Both the position numbers and the translations under genes were made by a program. A DNA stretch of 64,000 nucleotides from Steroidobacteraceae bacterium (lineage in GTDB: Bacteria; Pseudomonadota; Gammaproteobacteria; Steroidobacterales; Steroidobacteraceae), in assembly GCA_035760885.1 (NCBI GenBank), contig DASTSB010000290.1:2423-66422 (forward strand), in the 5' to 3' direction. Shown here piece by piece: positions 48,031-57,646 of this stretch. The notes beneath the pieces were generated by a model. It was not told the DNA's origin. It was given only the letters and a program-made list of their open reading frames with translations, and made no database searches. Position 1 is the first letter of the stretch. Each line of letters starts with the position of its first letter.

Positions 48031-49104
48031 TTACCACGGCAAATTCGGGCTAAACCAAGGCCCGACAGTGTTCGCGATTGGCAGCGGCAAGCGGCGCCAA
48101 ACTTGAGTCGCGTAATACATCAGTCCGCGCTCCTCGCCCTCTGCCCGCGGTTGGGACCCGGTCCGCGGCGATCTTTCCCATCGGTGCCAATAGAGTTGGA
48201 CGGGCTGCGCACCCCACTGCTTTTTGAAATTGTACGTGCCGGCATTGATGGTCGATCTGCCGAAATCAAATGACGTGCACTTCAGGTCGCACACGTGCTG
48301 CAGCACTTCCCAATACAGCTTCATATTGAATCCGAGCGGCTTCATGTCCGCGCGGCACGAGGCCCAAGGTATTTCAGCTCTACCGTTCGCGACAACCAAG
48401 AAAGCCGCAGCAGCTGGCACGCCCCGAGACGTAATCAAAACGATGGTCGTGTGGTTACGAAAGCGCTCCAGAATCGCCGCAAAGAATTTCTTCGGATAGA
48501 CAGGCGTTCCGAGGTCACGCATGTTCTGTGCGAACACGTCGTAAAACGAGTCGAGCAATTCAGTCGAACCGATCTTCACACTCGGTTCTTCGCGATCGGC
48601 CCGCTTGGCCTGGGATCGAAGCTTGGAACCAAGGTTCTTAGATAGTTCTGCAAACGTGGGCGGGAGATCCAAGATCATGCTGACCTTGTCCGTTCTGACG
48701 GTCCAAGTGCCGGGCCTCTGTCGCGCGTCTCGATACTCCAAGTAAGAGCAGCCGCGATCTCGGGCCAGTTTTACGCCCTTGTCCATGAGTGCCAGCGCGA
48801 CGGCCTCGCTCTCAGCCAGAGCGCCACCGTAGTTATAGAAGGGAACAGACGTTGCAAAGTTTCCGAGCAACAGGCTCTTCTGCTGAACGATCGGCAGAAC
48901 ACCCTGAAGCGCCCCTGATCCGTCACGCGCCTCTAAGAAGTACGCCGAATGCCGAAACACGTCGCGGGCGAGAAGGGACCAACCCTTCTTGAGATAAATG
49001 GACGCGTCTGGATGTCGGTCAACGAACGAATCCCAATCAGCACCAGGCTCGGAACGAACTGTAATTTCTAGTGCAGCGCGTTGCGAAGGGATCGAATCAC
49101 TCAT
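48031..49104 (-). CDS. FemAB-like protein, XrtA/PEP-CTERM system-associated
   Basis: WDSFV, SVPFYNYGG, NMRDLGTPV, FDFGRS, FKKQWG. Start at ATG 49104 overlaps the upstream TGA. Confidence 0.88.
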   Translation of the reverse strand: MSDSIPSQRAALEITVRSEPGADWDSFVDRHPDASIYLKKGWSLLARDVFRHSAYFLEARDGSGALQGVLPIVQQKSLLLGNFATSVPFYNYGGALAESEAVALALMDKGVKLARDRGCSYLEYRDARQRPGTWTVRTDKVSMILDLPPTFAELSKNLGSKLRSQAKRADREEPSVKIGSTELLDSFYDVFAQNMRDLGTPVYPKKFFAAILERFRNHTTIVLITSRGVPAAAAFLVVANGRAEIPWASCRADMKPLGFNMKLYWEVLQHVCDLKCTSFDFGRSTINAGTYNFKKQWGAQPVQLYWHRWERSPRTGSQPRAEGEERGLMYYATQVWRRLPLPIANTVGPWFSPNLPW

Positions 49105-50018
49105 CACGCGAACGCAAAAACAGGCGCGCTCGTCGTGGTCTGTGCTGGCTGTTGCGCTCCGACCAGTTGCAGATTTTCGAGGACAGTTTTCATCGTCGAG
49201 AATTGGAATTGAGAAATGAGCGTTCTCAAGCGCGCCTCGCATCGCGACAGATTGGTGTAGTGCCGAAATGTGGAAAGCGCACTCGTTTTGATCCTTGGTT
49301 GGCCTGGATCGACTTCCCACGGGTGCAGGTAAAACACAAAGGGCCGTCCAGCCTTGTTCAGCTTGCTCAGGCCAGCGCGCGTCACCGCGTAAGGCAGCAA
49401 TCGGAAATAGCCACCTCCGGAAACGGGGATGCGCAGACCCATTACCTTTGACGTGGACATCGGAAATTCAACTATCGTTTTGCCATTGGGCGCGCGAATG
49501 CGAGCCGGAGCTTGCGGCGCATCCGGAATCCCGTACACGTCGTGTTTGATGGGGAAGATGCTCGAGTCGTACTCGAATCCGAGATCGCACAGCGCATCGA
49601 GCGCCCAGAGCGAGCGGCGTGTAATCGAGTAAGTAGAGGCGCGATAGCCCTGCACGCGCTCACCAATGATGTCTTCGAGCAGTGCTTTCGAATCACGGGT
49701 CTCGGTGTAGAACTCTTCGGGCGTTTGATTGAACACAAGCTTGTGGCTCATGCCATGGCTTGCGACCTCATGACCGCGCCGATGAATGTCTTTGATGAGA
49801 TCCGGGCTGCGACGAGCGACCCAGCCCAAGACGAAGAATGTTGCTCGAATGTTCGTGTGCTCGAACAGATCCAATAAGCGCCGAGTATTGGCCTCTGCGC
49901 GATACTCCATGCCATCCCACTGTGTGCGATCGATCGACTTAGCAAGCGCAGCGACGTGGAAGTAGTCCTCCACGTCCACGGTCATTGCATTAACAATGGC
50001 GGACTTGAGTGCACTCAC
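49104..50018 (-). CDS. XrtA-system polysaccharide deacetylase (DUF3473-containing)
   Basis: NAMTVDVEDYFHV, ATFFVLGWVA, HEVASHG, GGGYFRLLPY, YLHPWEVDP.QPR. Confidence 0.92.
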   Translation of the reverse strand: MSALKSAIVNAMTVDVEDYFHVAALAKSIDRTQWDGMEYRAEANTRRLLDLFEHTNIRATFFVLGWVARRSPDLIKDIHRRGHEVASHGMSHKLVFNQTPEEFYTETRDSKALLEDIIGERVQGYRASTYSITRRSLWALDALCDLGFEYDSSIFPIKHDVYGIPDAPQAPARIRAPNGKTIVEFPMSTSKVMGLRIPVSGGGYFRLLPYAVTRAGLSKLNKAGRPFVFYLHPWEVDPGQPRIKTSALSTFRHYTNLSRCEARLRTLISQFQFSTMKTVLENLQLVGAQQPAQTTTSAPVFAFA

Positions 50019-50019
50019 G

Positions 50020-51381
50020 TTACGTTCCGGTTGCAGAATCTATCGCAAAGGTTGGGAGCAAGTAGCCGGATCGGGGCGTGCCGCGTGCGTAGCCGATTCG
50101 CAGCCAATACCGATTCTCGACGTAATCGCCGGTTGCGAGATCGCTATTACGGTGGAAGTAGTTGTACGAGACACCAAGCACTACCGCGCGGGAGAGATGC
50201 CAGGAAAGCTCCGCCCCCGCGATGTCCTCGTTGTAATCGACTCCCGGCAATTCGAAGCTTCCATATGAGCGATTAGCGGTAATGGAAACAGAGGTCGTCT
50301 GCGATAAGTCGCGCTGCAACTGGACGCCGAAGCGTTTGAGGGTCTGGTCGAGATCAGGATTGTCTCCGTAGGTTTGTTTGTTCCAAGACCCGAGCAGGGC
50401 CATGCCGCTGCGATTACGCGAGAAGTTCCAAGCGAGGGTAACGTAGTCGTTGGTGAATGGCTGCACTGTCTGGCGTCCCGGTGCAGCATTCAAGCTAACT
50501 CCGGTCGCACTTTGGCTAGTGGCGAACGCGCTACCCGAACTCGCAAACTCGCGCCCCCCTGTCAGCAACACCACAGACGAACCGGAAATCCGACGGCTTA
50601 CATTGAGCCGAAAAAGAAGACCTCCGTCCGTGCTCGTAGCGGCATCCCGATCAATGCGGCTATAGCCGGCATCCAGTCCTAAGCGAGTACGTGCGCCTTG
50701 TGCCTCGTAACGCACGTATGCGTCGTCCTGCTGATAATCCGCGTTCAGCACCTCTTCCTTGTAATGCACTTGCTGATCGCTAACGTTCAGAGATACCGAG
50801 CTTGAACTTGACAGCAAGTGAATGAGGCCTAGCTGCCCGGAAATGCTATCCGAATCGAACGGGCTTTTTTGATAGGACGTCAATGAGTAGCGCCCACCCA
50901 AACGCAAGCGCGTCTGTGATCCAAACGCAAACGTGACATCGGGACCCGTAGTGAAGTAGTTCAGGTTCTCATCGTTATCTGGCGTGGCAGGCTGGAACGG
51001 ATCGCTCAGCACCTGGCCGAAATTGTCTGAGACCACCCATTGAAACCGCTCTGGAACGAAGGCGAAAAGCGCATTGCCTGCAAAGTTGCCGATGAGCTGC
51101 GAGTCGAATGTGTTATCTCGATAGTCGAAATACGCGAGATCTCCGACTGCATCCGCCTGCAACTTCGAGCTCTGTTTATCGAAAGAGAACTGCAGACCCG
51201 CCGACGCGATGTTCTCGCTCTTCTCGTTGTTGTTGTTGCGAAGGATGTTGTCGCTATGCCCCGCGCCGAGACTAGCCTCATAGGCGAGGTTTTCGGCGAT
51301 CGCTTGCGGCGCGCAAAGCTGAAGGATCAGGCACAACACCGCACCCGCAGTGATTCGCGGCAGAACTCCACCGTTTCTCAT
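50020..51381 (-). CDS. Outer-membrane beta-barrel protein of the EPS export locus
   Basis: Signal peptide, G.SDN motif, alternating aromatic beta-strands, Y.ENR near the C-terminus. Occupies the usual position in XrtA loci. Confidence 0.78.
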   Translation of the reverse strand: MRNGGVLPRITAGAVLCLILQLCAPQAIAENLAYEASLGAGHSDNILRNNNNEKSENIASAGLQFSFDKQSSKLQADAVGDLAYFDYRDNTFDSQLIGNFAGNALFAFVPERFQWVVSDNFGQVLSDPFQPATPDNDENLNYFTTGPDVTFAFGSQTRLRLGGRYSLTSYQKSPFDSDSISGQLGLIHLLSSSSSVSLNVSDQQVHYKEEVLNADYQQDDAYVRYEAQGARTRLGLDAGYSRIDRDAATSTDGGLLFRLNVSRRISGSSVVLLTGGREFASSGSAFATSQSATGVSLNAAPGRQTVQPFTNDYVTLAWNFSRNRSGMALLGSWNKQTYGDNPDLDQTLKRFGVQLQRDLSQTTSVSITANRSYGSFELPGVDYNEDIAGAELSWHLSRAVVLGVSYNYFHRNSDLATGDYVENRYWLRIGYARGTPRSGYLLPTFAIDSATGT

Positions 51382-51413
51382 CTTGGTTTCCTAAAGTTGT
51401 TCGACTTGTTACG

Positions 51414-52355
51414 TCAACGGCCAGTTGGCTCGGCTGGATCGCCGTAGGTTCCGTATCCGTAGTACCCACTCGATGGCGGCGTGTGGGTCTGATTCAAAAT
51501 CAAGCTGATCGGCTTAGCTTCGCCGATCGCCTCGATCGCATCAGTGACTGCTTTCTGCACTGTCTCATCGGCACGCACGACCAAGACAATCTGGCCCATA
51601 TTTGCGACTAGCGCTCGCGATTCGGTTGAAAGCAACAGAGGTGGCGAATCGAATAGCACGATGCGCTGCTTGCCGTCGGAAACCAGTTGGAGCACGAGTT
51701 CTTCCATTCGCGGGCTCGCCAAGACTTCTGTCGCGGTTTCGATTCGCTTGCCGGCGGGCAAGATGCTGAGTCTGTCGACACTGGTGCGGAGAATCAGCGA
51801 ATCAGGGTGTACGTTGCTATCGACCAGAAGGTCGAGAAGGCCGCGATCATTGTCCAATCCGAAGATTCGGCTTATGTGCGGCTTAGCGACGTCCGCATCC
51901 ACTAGCAACACCTCTAGGTCCTTTTCGAGCGCCATGCTGAGGGCGAGATTGACGCTGGTGAATGTCTTTCCTTCTCCGGGCAACGCGCTAGCCAACATGA
52001 TGATGTTGCCATTCGGGATCGCAGCCCCACCTCGTCCCAGCGCACTGGCGATGAGGGGACGCTTTACTTGCTGGTACTGGCTCGCGATCTGCCGTTCCAT
52101 ATCTGCAGGCGGCAATAGATCCATCTCTCGCAACTTATTGCGCTCGATCTGAACGATCTTGGTTGCCTTCTCCTCAGCACGAGAGGGAGAAAGCTGAACC
52201 ACCGCGGGCGCGGCTGAAAACTCATGAACTGAAGCTTTTTGCAGCTCCAAGTCGATCGTGCGCGGCGAAACCTCCGCAGCCGCCGGCCCTACCGCTGGCG
52301 GTACCGACTGCCTAGATTCTTGCAGCTTCTTTAGAGCGCGTTCGACGAGACTCAT
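51414..52355 (-). CDS. XrtA-associated tyrosine autokinase (Wzc C-terminal-like)
   Basis: MSLVERAL, Walker A SALPGEGKT, LLVDAD, FDSPP, Tyr cluster GYYGYGTYG. Confidence 0.92.
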   Translation of the reverse strand: MSLVERALKKLQESRQSVPPAVGPAAAEVSPRTIDLELQKASVHEFSAAPAVVQLSPSRAEEKATKIVQIERNKLREMDLLPPADMERQIASQYQQVKRPLIASALGRGGAAIPNGNIIMLASALPGEGKTFTSVNLALSMALEKDLEVLLVDADVAKPHISRIFGLDNDRGLLDLLVDSNVHPDSLILRTSVDRLSILPAGKRIETATEVLASPRMEELVLQLVSDGKQRIVLFDSPPLLLSTESRALVANMGQIVLVVRADETVQKAVTDAIEAIGEAKPISLILNQTHTPPSSGYYGYGTYGDPAEPTGR

Positions 52356-52364
52356 GTCGCTTCC

Positions 52365-53975
52365 TCACGCCCCTGTGTGCGGGCTCAGGCGAATGCCCAT
52401 GCGGCTCAATTGCAGAACGATCACCGCGACCACGAACAACCCACCCACTGCGATGCCGTATCGATAGTACGAACGTCGTACTGCAGTGCGATCCCGCTCC
52501 AACCAGGACATACTGATCGCGCCTAGGACCTGCAGGCCTGTTGCTTGTGCAAGCCCGCGCACTGAGGTGAACGTCGGCTTTAACTGAAACATGAGATATG
52601 CGACACCGCCGCCGGCCGCCAGCGCAGCCACCAAAATGCCCAACACCATAATTGAGCGCTTGGGAGAAATCGGCTTGAAACCCGCATTGGGCGGCTCGAT
52701 TACATCAAAGCGAACGGAGCCACTGGTCGTCGCTTCCTCGCCCAGCCGCGATTTTTCTAGGCGCTCGACCAAGGCGGTGTAGTTGGCCTTGGTCACGTCA
52801 TAGTCGCGATTGAGCCGTGCGTATTCCGCTTCGACCTGCGGCATCGTGTCGAGCATCTTGCGCAGGTCGGTCACGTTCTTTTGATGGTCTGCCAACTCGC
52901 GGCGCAGCGCTGCGACCTCGACGTCCGTTTGATTGAGAGCTAACTGAATGCTCTGGTAGACAGGATTCGTGCTCGCGCCACTTGAGGCCGCAGCATTCGG
53001 ATCGCCGCGGCGCAGAGCCTCGATCTCATCCTGCCGACGCTTCTTCAGCTGCTCGAGCGTTTCGCGCGTCGCGATGACATCTGGGTGCTTGTCGGTGAAC
53101 CTGAGCAGCAGTTCGTCCAAACGAGCCTGGGTTTCCTTGATACGAGACAGGGTGTCTCCGCCCGACGTTGGCACGCCTGTCTGAGGGGATACCATGCCGG
53201 CAGCCGCAGCGACCGGAGCCTCGCCGCGTAGCTGGCGCTGAAGCTCTTCGCGCCGCGAGGTCGCGAGTGCGAGAGATGATTGCGTCTTCGTGACCGCATC
53301 CATCTCCGCCTGCAAGCGAGTGAAGTAACCGCCCTGCTCTGTGGGCATCAAACCCACATTCGTCTTCTTAAATGCGGCGAGACGGTCCTCCGCCTCTCGC
53401 AGGCGCTGCTCGTAATCCAGGATCTGCGTCTCGAGAAACTTCTGCGCATTCATGGAACCCTGGCGCTTACCGCCCAGCGTGTTCTCGATGAGATGAGTCT
53501 GCAGGATCTCGACCGTCTTAAGCGCACGATCACGAGAGACGTCCTTGTAGCTGATGCTGTAGATGCTGCCTGCTTCCTGATCCGCAGTGTTGGTACTAGC
53601 TGAGGTCACGTTGAGTTCGACGCGATTGCGCATGTCGTCCAGCGCACGCACGATCTGCTGTGGTGTCATCGTGCGGGGATCGATCAAGCCGATTTCCTGC
53701 GCCACCGGCTGAAGCTGGGGCTGAGACAGAAGCGATTGGCGGACCAGATTGAGCTGAGCATTGACGTCTTGGTCAAGCGTCAGTCCCTGCAGAACCGGCT
53801 TCAGCGCAGTTTTTGTGTCGACGAATACGCGCGTGCTCGCCTGATAGACGTCGCGCATGGTGAACAAGACCGCCCAGCCCAATACGGCCACGATCCATGC
53901 TGTGATCACGGCATAGCGCCGATAGCGCCACGCACCGCGAACTTGGTCGAGAACTTGTTCGAGCAGCTCTTGCAT
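52365..53975 (-). CDS. XrtA-system polysaccharide chain-length determinant
   Basis: WRYR start, two TM regions flanking a coiled coil, TDKHPDV, LNRDY, VIEPP. Confidence 0.9.
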   Translation of the reverse strand: MQELLEQVLDQVRGAWRYRRYAVITAWIVAVLGWAVLFTMRDVYQASTRVFVDTKTALKPVLQGLTLDQDVNAQLNLVRQSLLSQPQLQPVAQEIGLIDPRTMTPQQIVRALDDMRNRVELNVTSASTNTADQEAGSIYSISYKDVSRDRALKTVEILQTHLIENTLGGKRQGSMNAQKFLETQILDYEQRLREAEDRLAAFKKTNVGLMPTEQGGYFTRLQAEMDAVTKTQSSLALATSRREELQRQLRGEAPVAAAAGMVSPQTGVPTSGGDTLSRIKETQARLDELLLRFTDKHPDVIATRETLEQLKKRRQDEIEALRRGDPNAAASSGASTNPVYQSIQLALNQTDVEVAALRRELADHQKNVTDLRKMLDTMPQVEAEYARLNRDYDVTKANYTALVERLEKSRLGEEATTSGSVRFDVIEPPNAGFKPISPKRSIMVLGILVAALAAGGGVAYLMFQLKPTFTSVRGLAQATGLQVLGAISMSWLERDRTAVRRSYYRYGIAVGGLFVVAVIVLQLSRMGIRLSPHTGA

Positions 53976-53977
53976 GT

Positions 53978-54655
53978 CTAGAACCGAGACTCAGGAATGA
54001 CGATGACATCGCCCGGCTTCAGGGCGATGTTCTGACGCATGTCGCCATTGTTCACGAGCGCGTCGACTTTCACTTTGATCTCGTGCGTCGTTCCGTTTTC
54101 GGTGCGGACGACCTTGGCACGATTTCCGGCCGCGAACGGCCCAAGCCCACCCACCGCTAGCACCGCATCGAGCACGGTCAATCCATCGCGATACGCGATC
54201 GATTGCGGGCGAACCACTTGTCCGATGACTTTGACTTGGCTGAATGCGCTCGTCGGCTGTGTGACGATGACGTTGACCTGGGGGGAGCGCACATACTCGG
54301 CAAGAACTGTCTCGATATCGCGCGAAAGCTGACTCGGCGTCTTGCCGACCGCAATCATGTCCTGCACCAACGGAGTGGTGATCTTTCCGTCTGGCCGAAC
54401 CGGAACGGTTTGGGTCAACTCTGGATTGCGCCACACGAAGACTTGGATTGTGTCACCTGGACCGATGACATAGTCGTTAGTGACTTTGCTTTCCGCCGGT
54501 GCTTCTTGAGCAGCGGATGAACCAGCAGAAGGAGCCCTGGCGGCAGGCTGAGCCTTGGTTGCAGCGAAGGTGTTTGCAACCATCAATAGACCCAGGAAAC
54601 ATGCGAGGAAGCATCTACCGGCAGCTTTTGAGCAGTTAACAAAACTCGAAGTCAT
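53978..54655 (-). CDS. Polysaccharide export protein (Wza/OPX family), XrtA type
   Basis: YVIGPGD..VFVWRNPEL..VPVRPDGKITTPL, SLBB domain, C-terminal IPESRF. Confidence 0.92.
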   Translation of the reverse strand: MTSSFVNCSKAAGRCFLACFLGLLMVANTFAATKAQPAARAPSAGSSAAQEAPAESKVTNDYVIGPGDTIQVFVWRNPELTQTVPVRPDGKITTPLVQDMIAVGKTPSQLSRDIETVLAEYVRSPQVNVIVTQPTSAFSQVKVIGQVVRPQSIAYRDGLTVLDAVLAVGGLGPFAAGNRAKVVRTENGTTHEIKVKVDALVNNGDMRQNIALKPGDVIVIPESRF

Positions 54656-54767
54656 GGATGATGGCCGTCACGCTTAGGGCGCGTTTGCGGTGGTTGCGAA
54701 TTGCGACAAGAGTATCAGATAGCGGTTTCCATCGATGCTGCCGAAGTCTCATCCTTTAGGGCAGATT

Positions 54768-54784
54768 TGTCAGGAAAACCGACG
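54768..54784. promoter_or_regulatory. Candidate PrsR (sigma-54 activator) binding site
   Basis: TGTCAGGAAAACCGACG = TGT-N11-ACG in the prsT-wza gap, close to the TGT-N11-ACA enhancer pattern. No convincing -24/-12 element was found. Confidence 0.35.
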
Positions 54785-54844
54785 GCTTACCTACATGTAA
54801 TCTGACCGCTTTGAACCGGAACAACAACAAATCGACGCTCCCCG

Positions 54845-57616
54845 TTACCCTTCCAACTCAGCTTGAAGTCGCTGTGCATCTGCGACCTCCGGAAACGATG
54901 CGCTGGTCACTTGCCGCAGAATCTGCAATGCACGGTCGCGTTGACCTGCTTCGGCCAGGGCCGCAGCGAAGTGATAGCGAACATCCGGCGGTGCACCCGA
55001 TGCGCTCGCAGCACGTTCCAACACAGGGAGCGCCTCTTCGATTTTTCTGTTCTTGAGCAGAATCCAACCATACGTGTCGGCGATCGCGGGATTCTGCGAA
55101 GCAGCATCGAATGCACGTTTCGCCGTTGTTTGTGCGCGAGTATCTCTACGCTCGAAATACAGCCATGCGAGATTGTTGAGGGCCAACGGGCTGGCATTCG
55201 GCTCCAGAGCAATCTGCTCATACTGTTCGATCGCGCGCGCAGCGTCGCCTGCCTCAGCGAACGCACTCGCCAATACCATTCGCGCAGCCGAATCTCGAGG
55301 TTGGCGTCGCACCCAGTCTTGGAGGAGCGAGGTGGGCTGCTGAAGCTTCGCTTGTCTCGCAGCATCATATGCCTTGATTGCGGCTGCTGCCGAAGGACGC
55401 AACTCGTATGAGCGCTTGAAGGCTTCGACTGCAGCGTCGAATTGTTTCTGATTGAGGGCGACGTCACCCTCGAGCAGGGCTGCATTGGGATCGCGAGGCT
55501 GCGCCTGACGCAACTGCGCTACCTGCAGGGCAGCAGCGTCCGATTTGCCGTCGTGCAAATCCAGCGCGACCAGCAAGGCCGTGGCGGCGGTGGGATTCTT
55601 CGCCATCGACTTGGCTTTTTGCGCCGACTCGCGAGCCGCAGAGTAGTTGCTTAGCGCCATTTGAGATCGCGCGAGGCCGAGGAACCAAGATGGATTCGAC
55701 GAATCTTGAGCTGCCGCGTCGCGATACTTCGCAACAGCTTCATCGTACCGCCCGACCTCCAGATACAGCTGAGCGACGGCTGCGGATGCCTTTGCATCGC
55801 CTCCTGCGGCCGTAAGCGCCTCCCCGATCGCCACATCCGCGTCTTTGGTTTTTTTCTGCTGCAGGTAAACAGCCGCAAGGAGCAACCGCGACTCGACGGA
55901 CTTGGGATCGCTCTTGCGCAGTTCTTCCAGTCGGCGCGTAGCAGCCACTTGATCGCCTTGCGCCAGAGACAGCCGCGCCAGCGACAACTGTGCCTCAGCA
56001 TTGTGGGGCTCGATCGCGAGCACCTGGTCGTAGCTCTTTCGAGCCGACGCGGCATCTCCCAATGCTGCATCCACACGTGCGAGTGCGAGCAAAGCACCGA
56101 TGCTCTTTGGATCCAACGCGAGCTCGCGCCGCACGTATTCACGCGCAGCAGCAAAATCTCGCTGCTGGAAGGCGAACGCAGCAGCAACGGACAATGCCGC
56201 ACTATCCTTAGGTCGCGACGCAACCAGCTTTGCTACTTCCGCCTGCGCAGCCTCCTTACCCTTTGCAGCGTTGATCGCGGCAATCAACATCGTGTCGCGG
56301 CGAGCCCCGCCATCTTGCGGCGCAATGGCTTGCAATAGATCGACCGCCTTTTGATTCGCTCCAGATGAGAGATACGCCAGAGCAAGATCCAGCTTGAGGT
56401 TTGGGTTATCTGGTTGAGCCGCGACACTGCGCTCTAGGAGCGTGATGGCTTGATCCTGCTCTCCCTGTTGCAGGCTCGCCCAGCCGCGCAGCGCGTCGAG
56501 TTGTGGGTCCTGGCTGGCCGCCTGAATGGGTGCCAACACTTGCATCGCGAGATCGGGGCGTTGCAACCGCAATTGCGTTTGCGCCAGCAATTTGCGTGCT
56601 TCCACGTTAGCAGGATCTTTTTGCACCACCTCACCGAGTTCCGCGAGTGCCTGGTTGGCGCTACCGTTGGCAAGCAATGCTGCGCCTAAAAGCAGCTTGG
56701 CCTGCAAGAACTCAGGGGCAGCAGTCACCGCCTTCTGCGCACTCGCGATCGCGCTGGAATAGTTCTGTTCAGCCATCGAAATGCGCGCAGCCAAGAACGA
56801 GGTCAGTGGAGCATCCGGCGCTCTCGCAACGAGTTCAGCATGCGTTTTATGGGCTGCTGGCAAATCGCCGATCGCCAGCTCAGATTCGGCTGATCCAGCT
56901 AGAGCAGTATTGATTTCCACCGGCGTCAATCGTCCTTGTGCGTTGTCGCGCGCCGATCGATATGCCTCCAGTGCCTGTTTGTAATCCCCGCTACGAGCAA
57001 GTAACGATCCTCGTAACAGCAACGCACTCGCGTTCTTCCGGTCCGCATCGAGAACTGCGTCGACTTCGCTCAGCGCGTCGTCCGTTCTGCCTAGCTGCGC
57101 GTAGGCTTGTGCGCGTCCAATGCGCGCTCGCGGAAAAGTCGCGTCCTGCTCCACCGCCCTATCTAAGACGACCAACGCGTCTTGGCTTTGCCCCTTCTCC
57201 AACAGCGCCAGCCCTTCATAGGTCAGCCGTTGAGCGTCGGACATTGGGAGGTCGCCGGAATTTAATTGCGCAAGGAGCCCATCAGCATCACCCAAGGCTA
57301 ACTTGGTCTCAGCAGTCAGAACTGCTAGATGTTCGGGTTTGGCGCCGGACTGCGCAGCGCGATTGAGCTCCTTCTCGGCACCATTCGCATCGCCAACCCG
57401 CAACGACAGCTCAGCGAGGAGCAAACGTCCTTTCACATTGTCTGGCGCTGACTTCAGTGCATTCTGAAGATCGATGATCGCGCCTCGATCGTCGCCGGCG
57501 TCTCGCTTTTGCTCCGCTCTGGCGATCCGCTGATCCGGATTCATGAATGCGTCGCAGCCGCACAGATGTATTGCGAGGACTATTGAGACGATGAACGAAC
57601 AAGTCGTCTTGTGCAT
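54845..57616 (-). CDS. prsT: PEP-CTERM system TPR-repeat lipoprotein
   Basis: Lipobox LCGC, AIIDLQNAL, TPR repeats throughout, LNNLAW..DTYGW. Confidence 0.9.
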   Translation of the reverse strand: MHKTTCSFIVSIVLAIHLCGCDAFMNPDQRIARAEQKRDAGDDRGAIIDLQNALKSAPDNVKGRLLLAELSLRVGDANGAEKELNRAAQSGAKPEHLAVLTAETKLALGDADGLLAQLNSGDLPMSDAQRLTYEGLALLEKGQSQDALVVLDRAVEQDATFPRARIGRAQAYAQLGRTDDALSEVDAVLDADRKNASALLLRGSLLARSGDYKQALEAYRSARDNAQGRLTPVEINTALAGSAESELAIGDLPAAHKTHAELVARAPDAPLTSFLAARISMAEQNYSSAIASAQKAVTAAPEFLQAKLLLGAALLANGSANQALAELGEVVQKDPANVEARKLLAQTQLRLQRPDLAMQVLAPIQAASQDPQLDALRGWASLQQGEQDQAITLLERSVAAQPDNPNLKLDLALAYLSSGANQKAVDLLQAIAPQDGGARRDTMLIAAINAAKGKEAAQAEVAKLVASRPKDSAALSVAAAFAFQQRDFAAAREYVRRELALDPKSIGALLALARVDAALGDAASARKSYDQVLAIEPHNAEAQLSLARLSLAQGDQVAATRRLEELRKSDPKSVESRLLLAAVYLQQKKTKDADVAIGEALTAAGGDAKASAAVAQLYLEVGRYDEAVAKYRDAAAQDSSNPSWFLGLARSQMALSNYSAARESAQKAKSMAKNPTAATALLVALDLHDGKSDAAALQVAQLRQAQPRDPNAALLEGDVALNQKQFDAAVEAFKRSYELRPSAAAAIKAYDAARQAKLQQPTSLLQDWVRRQPRDSAARMVLASAFAEAGDAARAIEQYEQIALEPNASPLALNNLAWLYFERRDTRAQTTAKRAFDAASQNPAIADTYGWILLKNRKIEEALPVLERAASASGAPPDVRYHFAAALAEAGQRDRALQILRQVTSASFPEVADAQRLQAELEG

Positions 57617-57646
57617 CCTAAGTTCTTCCTTCGACGACTTCGTGTG

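Noticed and set aside
54845-57616. Many long antisense and alternate-frame ORFs over prsT and other genes
   Set aside because: Shadow ORFs expected in GC-rich coding DNA, with no recognisable motifs.
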